A stretch of DNA of 64,000 bases from an uncultured delta proteobacterium (GTDB lineage: Bacteria > Desulfobacterota > Desulfomonilia > UBA1062). Every line of letters begins with the position of its first letter. Position 1 is the first letter of the stretch. The notes under the pieces were generated by a model. The model searched no databases, was not told the origin of the DNA, and worked only from the letters and a program-made list of their open reading frames with translations. Below, one piece after another: positions 51,244 to 62,101 of the stretch. A program made the translations under genes and the position numbers. The stretch covers positions 192,001 through 256,000 of the forward strand of contig CAWAUM010000011.1 of NCBI GenBank assembly GCA_963785235.1. The letters run 5' to 3'.

Positions 51244-51840
51244 ATGACCAGGGAGGAGTTTGAAATATCGCTTAAGGAATTCGAGTCGCAGATCAAGAAG
51301 AAGCTCCCCTCCATGATCAACAGCTACCTCATGAATCGAGGGAACCGTGAGTTTGAAACGGCCTTCACCCATCTTGTGGAGATCCTGGGCAGACAGAGGA
51401 AGAATCTCCTGAAGGACCTGACCAGGGTGGCAAGGCTCGAACAGAAGACCCGGTACTTCAATGCCACCAATAATATGGATTCCCAGCTCAGGAGCATGGG
51501 AAACAGAGATGCCTTGAAACAACAGACGAAATTGCGGCAGCATCGTGTCCATGCACCGCTTGTCTATGACCTCGGGGCAGGGCCTGAAGCGGGTGACCTC
51601 CTGAACGCCGATGATTTAGGCGTCTTGCTGGAGACTACGGAAAAGGTATCCATCGACCATGAGGTGAGGATAAGCCTCTCAGGGAAAAAGGCGCGCGGCA
51701 AGGCCATGTGGTCAATCCCTGATGAGACAGGCCGCATGGAGACGGGGGTCAAACTGCTCAATCCATCTGAGGATTTCCTGGAAGAACTCAAGAAGATTAT
51801 CAAGAAGCCTGCAAAAAAGCAGAAAAATCCTCATGATTGA
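51244..51840 (+). CDS. Hypothetical protein with possible C-terminal PilZ-like domain
   Basis: Helical N-half; RQHR...NADDLGVLL...RGKAMWS...GVKL resembles the PilZ beta-barrel pattern. Confidence 0.55.
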   Translation: MTREEFEISLKEFESQIKKKLPSMINSYLMNRGNREFETAFTHLVEILGRQRKNLLKDLTRVARLEQKTRYFNATNNMDSQLRSMGNRDALKQQTKLRQHRVHAPLVYDLGAGPEAGDLLNADDLGVLLETTEKVSIDHEVRISLSGKKARGKAMWSIPDETGRMETGVKLLNPSEDFLEELKKIIKKPAKKQKNPHD

Positions 51841-51874
51841 CACCCCTACGGGTGCATAGTATTCCTTTATAAGT

Positions 51875-53080
51875 ATGAGATTCGCTATTCTCACCTTAGG
51901 ATGCAAGGTCAACCAATATGAAAGCCAGCGGATCAGGCAGGGGCTTGTCACAGCAGGCCACACGGAGCAGTCCTTTGCTGAACCCGGCGCCGAGTGTTAC
52001 ATCATCAATACCTGTACCATCACCCATAAGGCCGATGCTGAAACGCGCAGGGTAATCCGCAAGGCACTGAGCCTAGGCGGTAGGGTAATAGTAACAGGCT
52101 GCCAGGCTGTTGTAGATGCCAAAGGCATCAGGGAGGTCTCCGAGGCAATTGAGATAGCCACGCCGGATCATCTCTCCGAGATACTCCAGGTAGACCTGCC
52201 ATCCATTATTACAGGCTTCGGCGATCACCATCGGGCCTTTGTGAAGGTCCAGCAAGGATGTGACAAGTATTGCACGTACTGTATCGTCCCTTTTGCCAGA
52301 GGAAGGCCTGTGAGCAGGCCTTGGCAGGAGGTTGTCACTGAGGTGAGAACCCTTTATGATAAGGGTTTTCATGAGGTGGTGCTTACCGGGATCAATATCG
52401 GTCTGTATGAGGGAGGGCTTTCAAGGCTTGTGGAAAGGGTGCTTTCCCACACATCCATCCCAAGGATCAGGGTAAGCTCCATGGAACCCTGGACCGTTGA
52501 AGACGGGCTCATATCCATAATCAAGGACAACTCCAGGCTCTGCAAACACCTTCACCTGCCGTTGCAGCACGGAAGCGATTCCATTCTTCGAGTCATGGGA
52601 AGGCCGTATACGGCCTCATATTTCAGGTCACTCATAGACCGAATCAGGAATGCGCTACCTGAGGCTGCAATCGGCCTGGACGTTATCGTGGGATTCCCAG
52701 GTGAGGATGACAAATCTTTTGAGGAATCCTATAGCCTTATCGAAGACCTCTATGTAACCTATTTCCATGTCTTCCCCTTCTCGCCAAGGCAAGGCACTGC
52801 CGCCGCTCTACTGCCCGGACGCCCGGATGAGGCGGCTGTGAAGAAGAGGTCTTCCCACCTCAGGGCTTTATCCAGAGAAAAGAGGCATGCCTTTGCCTGT
52901 TCACGACAGGGCATGGTTGAGGAAGTGCTTGTCACCGGGATTTGTGAGGGGCATTTTCATGGAGTGACCTCGAATTATCTTACCGTTCAGGCCCAGGGTA
53001 GTGTAACGCCAGGAAACATTGTGAGCGTTCTTCTCAAAAGTATGGAAGGGCAAACCCTTACAGGAGAGCTCGTTGGATAA
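51875..53080 (+). CDS. mtaB: tRNA methylthiotransferase MtaB
   Basis: TLGCKVNQYES, INTCTIT, VTGC, QQGCDKYCTYCIVP, HVFPFSPRQGT. Confidence 0.9.
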   Translation: MRFAILTLGCKVNQYESQRIRQGLVTAGHTEQSFAEPGAECYIINTCTITHKADAETRRVIRKALSLGGRVIVTGCQAVVDAKGIREVSEAIEIATPDHLSEILQVDLPSIITGFGDHHRAFVKVQQGCDKYCTYCIVPFARGRPVSRPWQEVVTEVRTLYDKGFHEVVLTGINIGLYEGGLSRLVERVLSHTSIPRIRVSSMEPWTVEDGLISIIKDNSRLCKHLHLPLQHGSDSILRVMGRPYTASYFRSLIDRIRNALPEAAIGLDVIVGFPGEDDKSFEESYSLIEDLYVTYFHVFPFSPRQGTAAALLPGRPDEAAVKKRSSHLRALSREKRHAFACSRQGMVEEVLVTGICEGHFHGVTSNYLTVQAQGSVTPGNIVSVLLKSMEGQTLTGELVG

Positions 53081-54789
53081 CAGCACCCTGGTAGATTCCT
53101 TGCTTGAGATGGCATTCGCGTTAGAGTTCCTGGAAGAGAATCCTTTCAAGGCAAAGGCATATGAGAAGGCTGCCAGATCTCTGTCCGGAATTGCCACACC
53201 CATGGAAGAACTCATCGATACAGGCGCAATAAGCCATATAGAGGGAGTCGGAAAGACCATCGCCGCAACGCTTACGGCCTGGGTGAAGGATCATGATTTT
53301 TCTGCATTGAAAGATCTGCAAGCCAGGCTGCCAGGTGGATTCGATGAATTGATAAAGGTGCCGGGGCTCGGGATGAAGAGGCTGAAGCTCCTGTCTAAGG
53401 AGCTTAACATCTCTACACTTGATGAGCTTCTTGAGGCAATAAATACGAGCAGGCTTTCATCCGTTAAGGGTTTCTCCGATAAAAGCATTGCCAAGCTCAG
53501 AGGCTCTGTGCAGGCTATCCTCGATTACCGGGGATGGTTTCTGCTTGATGCCGGGTGGGACTGGGCAGCAACTTATATATCACTCCTTAAGGATAGCGGA
53601 CTTAATGTGCAGGTCAGTGGTGTCTGCCGCAGGTCCATGGAGATTATCTCTGCCATCGACCTCCTCGTAGAAGATGGCCCCGGTATGCATGACGCACTTG
53701 TTCAGTGCATTACCGGCATCCCTGATATGCAGCTTGTCCACGATGGGGCCGTACTTGTGGCGACATATCCCGGCAAGCCCCCTGCAAGGATCCACACCGT
53801 ATCTCAGGCCTTGGTTGTACCTGCCCTGTTTATCACAACCGGCTCGGATGCCCATGTGGAAATGGTGAACAGGCACGGGGCGCTGCGATCCGTCCGGGTC
53901 AGCTATGAAGGGGTCTTTAAAGACGAGGTGCTTGTGCCTATTCAAGCCGAATGGGAGATTTATGATCTGTTCGGCATGCACTACCTCCCACCCGAGGTAA
54001 GGGAGGGCAGGCCCATGGAGATGGACCTTGCCTTGAACTGCAGTGTGCCTGAGCTTATTGTGCAAGAAGACCTGAAAGGTATCATCCATGTCCATTCCAC
54101 CTATAGCGACGGCAAGGCTACGTCTGGCCGACATGGTGCAGGGCGCTCATGAGAGAGGTTATTCCTGGATAGGCATCTCTGATCACAGCAAGAGCGCCTA
54201 TTATGCAGGTGGATTGAGCGTGAAGGACCTGAAGCGGCAGTTCGAGGAAATCCATGAGCTCTCCCACATATTCCCTGATATGACGATCTTCAAGGGGATC
54301 GAATCCGATATCCTGCCCGACGGCTCACTGGATTATCCTCAGGCCGTGCTCAAACAATTCGATTTTGTCATTGCCAGCATCCATTCCCACATGGATATGG
54401 ACAGATCGACCATGACAGAGCGTATCATAAAGGCCATCCGCAATCCCTTTACCACCATACTTGGCCACCCCACAGGCAGGGTACTGCTTGCCCGCAGGCC
54501 CTATGAGGTGGATATGGCCGCAGTTCTGGCAGAGGCGGCAGGCCTTGGTGTCATAGTGGAGCTCAATGCCAACCCCTTAAGGCTCGACCTGGACTGGCGA
54601 CTTATGCCGGACTTCACTGCAAAGGGAGGGCGTGTTGTCATAGCACCTGATGCCCATAGCGTTTCCGGGCTTGATGATATGCGTTATGGCCTGGCCATTG
54701 CCAGGAAAGGCCTGCTCTTAAGGGACTCCTGCATGAATGCACTCAGTGCCCGGGAAGCGAGGGAGGCGTTTAAAATCAGGTGGTCATAG
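53073..54789 (+). CDS. polX: PolX family protein with PHP domain; frameshift near 54120
   Basis: ENPFKAKAYEKAA, HhH VPGLG, FITTGSDAH, PPEVRE; PHP motifs HVHSTYSDG, SDHS, GIESDI, GHPTGR, PDAH. Confidence 0.88.
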
Positions 54790-55686
54790 AGTGCGCCGGT
54801 GTTTCTTACTGCTATGAGGTCGCGCTGGCGATGAATGGGCGCTTGTTGATATGGACCTGAAGATCGGCCAGGGTGAAAAGGTCGTCATCGCAGGGCCGGC
54901 AGGATCAGGAAAGACCACCCTGCTGCAACTGCTGGATGCACTGATCCTGCCCACCAAAGGAGACATCCTCTATGACGGTATCAGTGTGCGTACACTCGCC
55001 AGGAAGAAGGGCCTTACAATGGTGCGCAGGCGTATGGGGGTCCTATTCCAGTTCCCTGAAGACCAGTTTTTCCAGGAGACTGCTTATGACGAGCTTGTCT
55101 TTGCCATGAGGAATTTTTATCGACCTCACAAGGGGAGTTGGAAGAAAGGGCATACCATGTCACTGCGGGTTTCGGCCTTGAGCTTGAGCGGCTCAAAAAC
55201 ACGTCGCCATTTCGTTTGAGCTCAGGAGAGAAGCGAAAACTCGCCTTAGCATCCGCCCTCATGATAGGCCCTGAGATATTGATGCTGGATGAACCCACAG
55301 CAGGCCTCGATGCCTCAGGCAGGCGCGAACTTACGGGTATGATATCTTCACTTGCGGATACAACCGTCATCATTGTCACCCACAACCAGGAGGATTTCCT
55401 CTCTCTGAATGATCGTTTTATCGGTATCACTTCAGGCAGAAAGGTCATTGATGTGAGGAAGGAGGAACTTCTTGATAAGATCGAGGCCATGGATGCCTCC
55501 GGTATCGATGCCCCGCTTGTACTCCTGGTCCAGCACTGGCTAAAACGCTCAGGCCTTGCATTGGATCATACCTTTTATGAAATGGATGAACTCATTGGCT
55601 TTCTCAGGGAAAAAAGTGCTCATGAAAAGTGCTTTAAGGAAGCCAATCATCCTCTACTTGTCGTTACCCTTTTGTGTATTGACTAA
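54780..55686 (+). CDS. ECF-type/cobalt ABC transporter ATP-binding protein (EcfA-like); frameshifted, start uncertain
   Basis: GPAGSGKTT, FQFPEDQFF, LSSGEKRK, LDEPTAGLD, VTH. Confidence 0.8.
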
Positions 55687-55730
55687 TACCACCTTCAGTC
55701 TTAATCTATTGTTTCATGGAGGATACACCC

Positions 55731-56247
55731 ATGTCGAGCTTTGTTGAAATGAAGGTGGCAGGCATTGCGCTTGACCCCACCAACAATGCCCCCATCGTGG
55801 TCCTGCGTGACCTTGATGGCAAGTTCATCCTCCCCATCTGGATCGGCATTATGGAGGCAAGCGCCATAGCTTCAGCACTTGAAGGGGTTCAGTATTCAAG
55901 GCCCATGACCCATGATCTTTTCAGGTCTTTCATCGAAACGTTAGGCGCCACCATTGAAAAGATAGAGGTAGTTGATATCAGGGACAATGTATTCTATGCA
56001 CTTATCACCATCATCCATGGCGGAAACCGTCTTACCATTGATGCGAGGCCATCGGATGCCATAGCCATAGCGCTTCGCACCAAGTCCGCCATCTTTGTGG
56101 CAAGTCATGTGATAAAAGACGCCATCCACCTGGACTCCAAGAGCAAGTGCCGGCAAGGTCATGGTGGGGTTCGAGCAGGATACCGAGAAGCTCAAGGAGA
56201 TCCTTGAGAAGATGAATCCGGAGGACTTCGGTAAGTTCAAGGCTTAG
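55731..56247 (+). CDS. Bifunctional nuclease family protein (DUF151); frameshift near 56150
   Basis: LPIWIG..EA, RPMTHDL, DARPSDAIAIA; tail EKLKEILEKMNPEDFGKFKA in another frame. Confidence 0.9.
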
Positions 56248-56305
56248 CCTCTTTCGGCATTTTGTATTGATAGACTTGGCTGCATCGTGTATTTCCCATT
56301 GATAT

Positions 56306-58621
56306 ATGCATGCCCATGACTCTGCTCATCAAAAGGCGAAAAAGATCAGCAAGGCCATCTTCGAGACCATTGTCGAGATGGCATATGAGGGCATCTTTGT
56401 ATATCAGGGTCGCCGGTTTTTCTATGTAAACACCGCATTTGAGCGCATGCTTGGATATTCTGCCGAGGAACTCGATGAAATGGGTTTCAAGGATGTATTG
56501 GATGCAAGCTCTTCCGCCCTTATGGAACAGCGTTATCTTGCCCTGATCAGGGGTGAGGATATCCGCCCAAGGCGCGTGGACGTGATCTTCCGGACCAGGA
56601 CCGGACATGAACGCATCATCTCGCTGTCCACATCGGCCATCACCCTGGTCGGCGGTATCAGGGCCACCCTGAATATCGCCCGCGACATCACCAGGCGCAA
56701 AGGTATGGAAAACAGCCTGGAGTCAACGAACAAATTTCTGGCCGGTCTCATTGCAAGTTCATCCGATGCCATCGTTGCCTCTGACCTGAAGGGAAGGGCA
56801 CTAATCTTTAACAAGGCAGCCGAGGAGATCACGGGGTATAGCGCCGAGGACATGCTCAACCACAAAACCAACATAGCCGATTTCATGGTGCCGGGCGAGC
56901 GTGACCGGATCCTGGCCATCCTGGATGAGGGCACCGAGGAGGTCCCCAGGTGGGTCGTGGGCGAAGAGACCTCAATCTACCACAAGGACGGTACACTCGT
57001 CCCCATATCGATTTCCGTGTCCTATCTGTATTCCGAAGAGAAACCCGTCGCAGCCATCAGCGTCTTCCGCGACCTCAGGCCCTTGAAGAAGGTGGAGAAT
57101 AAGCTCCGGGAGTCGGTGCAGAAATACCAGATGCTTGTGGAAAAGACCGCCGACGGTATCTTTGTCTACCAGGATCATTGCTTCAAATACACCAATCCTG
57201 CGTTCAGGGAGTTGCTTGGTTATAATGAAGAGGAACTCCTGCACAAGGGTCTCAAAGATATCGTGAGGCCGGAGCTGGCCGGGATGATCGAGGCGCGTTA
57301 TACCAAACGAATCCAGGGTGAAAAGGTGCCGGACCAGTACGAGATTGCCCTGTGCAGCAAAGACGGCAACTGGCGCGCCTTTGAGATCACTCCTTCGGTC
57401 ATCGAGTATGAAGGCGGACTTGCGACCCAGAATGTAATAAGGGACATAACCCAAAAGAGAGAGGCCCAGAAGGCGCTTCGTGCCAGTGAGTCCAAGTACC
57501 GAGCCACCGTGGAGCATACCGGCACGGCCATGATGATCCTGAATGAAGACTACACGATAACCTTTGCGAATAACCAGCTGGAAAAGCTCAGCGGTTACAC
57601 CAAGGAGGAGATCGAAGGTAAGATGCACTGGACCGATGTGGTGCATCCCGATGACGTGGAACGCATGAAGGGCTACCACATGGCCAGGAGGCAAGGGGAT
57701 AAGGATGCTCCATCCCAGTATGAGTTCCGGTTCATAGACAAGGCAGGCAATGTCAGGGACTCCTTCCTCACCATAGGCATGATACCCGGCACCAGGCAGA
57801 GCATTGTCTCCATCATGGACATTACCCAGATCAAGCAGATGCAGCGCGAGCTGGAGCAGACAAGGAAGATGGCCATCTTAGGCGAGATGTCCGCCCATGT
57901 GGCCCATGAGGTAAGAAACCCGCTGCAGAAGATTAAGACCGGTGTCGAGCTGCTGTCCAACTCATTATCGGTGGATGAGCGGCAGCGCAGACAACTCGAC
58001 GGAGTGAAGCACGGGGTGGACAACCTGGAAAAGTTCGTCACCCAGATCCTCGAATGGACGCGCTCGGGTGAACTCAGGCCCAGGCCTCACCGCATCAGCA
58101 ATATCATTGATGGCCTGCTGTTCAACATTGAGGACGCCTTCAGTCTAAAAGAGGTTAAGGTCCAGACCTTCTATGACCCGGATGCCGACATTGTTGTCGT
58201 GGACGGCATCCAGCTCCGGCAGGTCTTTGGAAACATCATAGATAACGCCCTGGATGCCATGCCCCATGGAGGGTCGTTGAAAATCTCCTCAACCTTCGTT
58301 CCCAGGCACCCCTTTGCGGCAGGGAAAGAGGTTGTTGTCCTTGATGCCTCTGAGATACGCATTGAAGATACCGGCAGCGGCATTGCCAAGGAAGACCTGG
58401 AACGTATATTCCAGCCTTTCTTTACAAAGAAGGCCAAGGGAACCGGGCTTGGTCTTGCCCTGGTGAAGAAGGTCATTGACATGCACCACGGCGAGGTTGA
58501 GGCCTTAAGCGCCAAAGGCAAGGGCTCTGAGTTTATTATCAGGATCCCCTGTGAAAAGGGTGGTTCCTTGCGGGCTTCAGACAGCCGGACAGTCGGGGCC
58601 CATAAAAAACACAAAGGCTAA
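56306..58621 (+). CDS. Cytoplasmic multi-PAS sensor histidine kinase
   Basis: Four PAS-like repeats, AHEVRNPL, NIIDNA, DTGSG, FFTKK, GTGLGL; no TM. Confidence 0.93.
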   Translation: MHAHDSAHQKAKKISKAIFETIVEMAYEGIFVYQGRRFFYVNTAFERMLGYSAEELDEMGFKDVLDASSSALMEQRYLALIRGEDIRPRRVDVIFRTRTGHERIISLSTSAITLVGGIRATLNIARDITRRKGMENSLESTNKFLAGLIASSSDAIVASDLKGRALIFNKAAEEITGYSAEDMLNHKTNIADFMVPGERDRILAILDEGTEEVPRWVVGEETSIYHKDGTLVPISISVSYLYSEEKPVAAISVFRDLRPLKKVENKLRESVQKYQMLVEKTADGIFVYQDHCFKYTNPAFRELLGYNEEELLHKGLKDIVRPELAGMIEARYTKRIQGEKVPDQYEIALCSKDGNWRAFEITPSVIEYEGGLATQNVIRDITQKREAQKALRASESKYRATVEHTGTAMMILNEDYTITFANNQLEKLSGYTKEEIEGKMHWTDVVHPDDVERMKGYHMARRQGDKDAPSQYEFRFIDKAGNVRDSFLTIGMIPGTRQSIVSIMDITQIKQMQRELEQTRKMAILGEMSAHVAHEVRNPLQKIKTGVELLSNSLSVDERQRRQLDGVKHGVDNLEKFVTQILEWTRSGELRPRPHRISNIIDGLLFNIEDAFSLKEVKVQTFYDPDADIVVVDGIQLRQVFGNIIDNALDAMPHGGSLKISSTFVPRHPFAAGKEVVVLDASEIRIEDTGSGIAKEDLERIFQPFFTKKAKGTGLGLALVKKVIDMHHGEVEALSAKGKGSEFIIRIPCEKGGSLRASDSRTVGAHKKHKG

Positions 58622-58629
58622 GGAGACGC

Positions 58630-60073
58630 GTGGAAGATAAAAAAAAGGTCCTGCTCGTGGATGATGAAGAGGTATTTCTTGAACAACTCAAGGACGCCCT
58701 TGAAAACTCGAGCCTTGACCTCCAGATAGATACCGCATCCGACGGTGTGGAGGCCCTGGAGAAGATAGAGGCGAATCACCATGACATCGTCATCACGGAC
58801 GTCAAGATGCCCAGGATGGACGGGTATAGCCTCCTGAAAGAGATCCAGAACCGCTTCCCGTCCACCTATGTTGTGGTGATCACCGCATTCGGGAGCATAT
58901 CCGGGGCGGTTGAGGCCATTAAGTACGGGGCGTATGACTTCCTGGAAAAACCTTTCAACATGGACTCGCTTGAGATATCGCTGACCAAGATCCTCAGGCA
59001 GCACGAGATCCTCAAAGAAAATATCGTCCTCAAGGGTCAGATCCAGCAGCACACCGAGGGGCTGGACCAGCTTGTGGGGTCCCATCCCAAGATGCAGAGG
59101 CTCTATGAGCAGATACTGACCGCCTCAGAGACGGACCTCACCGTGCTCATTTTAGGTGAGACCGGCACCGGAAAGGAGCTCATCGCCCGTTCCATCCACT
59201 CCAGGAGTGACAGACGCTCCAAGCCCTTTGTGGTGATCAACTGCGCCGCCATACCCGAGAACCTTCTGGAATCGGAATTCTTCGGCCACGAGAAGGGGGC
59301 CTTCAGCGGCGCCATTTCCCAGAGGATAGGCAAGTTCGAAAAGGCCCATACCGGCACGCTCTTCCTCGATGAGATAGGCGACATCCCGCTGGACCTCCAG
59401 GCCAAGATCCTGCGCGTGATAGAAGACCACAAGATCACGCGCATCGGCAGCAACCGCGAGGTGGAGCTGGACTTCCGGGTGATCTGCGCCACGAACCGGC
59501 CCATCCAGGACATGATCAAGAAGGAGCTTTTCAGGGAAGACCTCTACTACCGCATCAGCGTTTTCCCCATCATCGTTCCGCCTCTGCGGGATCGGAAGGA
59601 AGATATCTCGCTGCTCTCCGGCCATTTTATCGCCAAGAATCTCAAGAGGCTCAACTCCAGTGTAAAGGGGATCTCGCCAAAGGCCATGGATCAGCTTACC
59701 GCATATCCGTGGCCGGGCAATGTCCGGGAGCTGGAGAACAGTATCCAGCACGCCATGGTCTCTACCCGCGCCGAGCTCATCACCGGATTCTCCGAACTGC
59801 GCAATGTCGCGGTGGGCACACAGGCCAGCGCCGCCCATATCCATGACAGAGGAGCCCACCATATGGGTGGAGGCAGGCGAAGGGAACGACTATCATACCA
59901 TCAAGCAGACCCTGCTTGAGCAGTTCGAACGGAAGTATCTTGCCCACCTGCTGGATAAGCACGGCGGCGTCATTGCCGAGGCGGCCAGGGAGTCGGGCCT
60001 GAATTACAAGACATTCTACCTGAAGGTGGAGAAGTATCAGCTCACCAGGAAGAGAGAAAGAATACCGCAGTGA
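58630..60073 (+). CDS. Sigma-54-dependent response regulator (NtrC family); frameshift near 59845
   Basis: REC, GETGTGKE, GAFSGA, FLDEIGD, WPGNVRELEN; HTH AARESGLNYKTFY in another frame. Confidence 0.92.
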
Positions 60074-60114
60074 TGCCAGAAAAATAGTATACACAAGATC
60101 GAGAAGTACCTTTT

Positions 60115-60252
60115 AATCTGGAGGTTGCAGTTGAAAGTGCCCATGAGCACTCCATGCCCTTCGTGAGCGGCTTAAGCATAAGACTCATGGTGGTGATCTA
60201 TAATATTTTAACGGATTAAGTTTTAACACATCCTGAATGCAAAATCCGGGTT
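60115..60252 (-). mobile_element. MITE-like element, copy B
   Basis: Reverse complement AACCCGGATTTTGCATTCAGGATGTGTTAAAACTTAATCCGTTAAAA...CACCATGAGTCTTATG... aligns with copy A but lacks its internal hairpin. Confidence 0.65.
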
Positions 60253-60360
60253 ATTGTTGTCTCCCGGAGACAACATACCCACAAAGCTCTTGACAGACAT
60301 ACCCTGCCCATATATTAAGATTCACTTCGTAGCAGTGATACTAAGGAGGATACAGAGTTA

Positions 60361-60627
60361 ATGGCTAACCATGCTTCAGCCCTGAAGAGACAGCGCCAGA
60401 GTGAAAAACGGCGTTCAAGGAATAGAGGTCACAAGTCCGCTATTAATACGACCGTCAAGAAGGTTCTCACTTCTATAAGCGCCAAAGAATCTGATAAGGC
60501 ACGTGAATTATCCCGTGAGGCAGTGGCCCTAATGGACAGCGCCGTTACCAAGGGTGTGCTGCACAGGAAGACCGCTTCCCGGAAGATCTCACGCCTCACC
60601 AAGATGGTGAACGCCCAGGTTTCTTAA
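60361..60627 (+). CDS. rpsT: 30S ribosomal protein S20
   Basis: MANHASALKR..RNR..KGVLHRKTASRKISRL. Confidence 0.97.
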   Translation: MANHASALKRQRQSEKRRSRNRGHKSAINTTVKKVLTSISAKESDKARELSREAVALMDSAVTKGVLHRKTASRKISRLTKMVNAQVS

Positions 60628-60630
60628 GGC

Positions 60631-61628
60631 TTAAGGCCTGCCGGATATCCTTCCCTCATTCCTGGGGGAAAGCACAAGCCGCCCGATCAATTCGGTCAGG
60701 GCCGCATATACGTGTATCAGTGAGCTCGATTTTATCTGTTGTTCTATCCCGCGGACATCTTTAAGCAGAGTGGTAAGTTGCGCAATGCTCCATGAGGACT
60801 TGCGCCTCATGGCCTTGTCTGCCACGAAGTCGTGGATCTTCATCTTCTTCCAGTCGTGTGCCGGAAAGCACTACATAGTGGGTGATGATCTGGTTTTCTA
60901 TCCTGCTGATTATCTCCAGCTCGGCGACACCTGAGAGCTCAAGTTCATAGAGGCGTGACAGGGCATCCTTTTTCCGGTCGAACAGCGCATCAAGGAATGC
61001 AAATATTACGGGTTCATGCGTGCGCATGACTGCCTCATGAACATCCTTGCCGGTTATGGAGGGGCTCTGGTGGGCGTACAGGCACAGTTTCTGAATCTCG
61101 CTGTCCAGATACCACATGCTGCTTCCCCCGGTCATGTCGGCAAGCAGCACGGCAGCATCCCTGTCAATCTTCTTCCCATGCAGCGGCGTCCTTTCCATGA
61201 TCCAGTTGATTCGCTCGCCCCTGTTCTTGATGGACTCGAAACGGACTATCTCAGCCTTGCCATCGAATTTCTTGATAAGCTTGTTCAGTTCCTTATCCGT
61301 CTTCTCAATCTCCATGAATCAGGATGAAGGTTGTGATTTCGCATGGATTATCAAGGTAGAGTATCACCTGGTCCAGCTGCTTGGCAGAAAGCTTCTGGCC
61401 GTTTTTGATGATGACGACCCTTTGCTCAGACAGGAAGGGCATGGTGTTGCACAGGCTTATGATCTCATTCATACTCAGGTCTTCTTCAGCGTTGAAGGTA
61501 GCCCAGTTCATGGATATGTTCTCGCCCAGCTGTTGTTTTAATCTTACGAGCTCCTCCTCAACAAGGAACGTCTCCTGGGCTATGAAAACGGAATTGGAAA
61601 GCGGGCTTTGAGGTTTCTTTGTGCTCAT
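60631..61628 (-). CDS. holA: DNA polymerase III subunit delta; two frameshifts
   Basis: TMPFLSEQRVVII, YLDNP, EIQKL, IEQQIKS; conserved leuS-lptE-holA-rpsT context. Confidence 0.82.
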
Positions 61629-62101
61629 AGCTGCAGTACTGCAACGGCCCGGGCGATCTGCAGGGAGACCTGTCTGCAGGCCTCATCCAGGGCATCTTCG
61701 TCCTGGCCTCCTTCTGAGAAGGTCCCGGTATCGGAAAAGGTTGCCTGCCAGAGGGACTTACCCGAGGTATCGCTTAAGTTTGCAAGCACACTGATGGTAA
61801 GCCGGTAACGGTTCCCGCTCTTGAGTGAGTTGGAGGTGATGGTCTCGCGGGATGAAGATACCATGGAGCATGTGAGTCTGTATTTTGCGTCTTTGTTTGA
61901 TATCATGCCCATGGAGGCGAATGACTGCTCCAGGAATGAGTCCAGCACAATGGCGGCCTCACGAAGATGGGTCTTGTTCGTGCTCGGGTCCAGGGCGATC
62001 TTTCTGCCGCCCTCGGCCCCTTCCGGCAAAAATCCGTATCTGCAGGAGATAAGGCTACTTGCCAGCAGCAACAATAATATTAATGATCTTGTTCGGGACA
62101 T
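61625..62101 (-). CDS. lptE: LPS assembly lipoprotein LptE-like
   Basis: Lipobox LISC-RYG; position between leuS and holA. Confidence 0.7.
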   Translation of the reverse strand: MSRTRSLILLLLLASSLISCRYGFLPEGAEGGRKIALDPSTNKTHLREAAIVLDSFLEQSFASMGMISNKDAKYRLTCSMVSSSRETITSNSLKSGNRYRLTISVLANLSDTSGKSLWQATFSDTGTFSEGGQDEDALDEACRQVSLQIARAVAVLQL

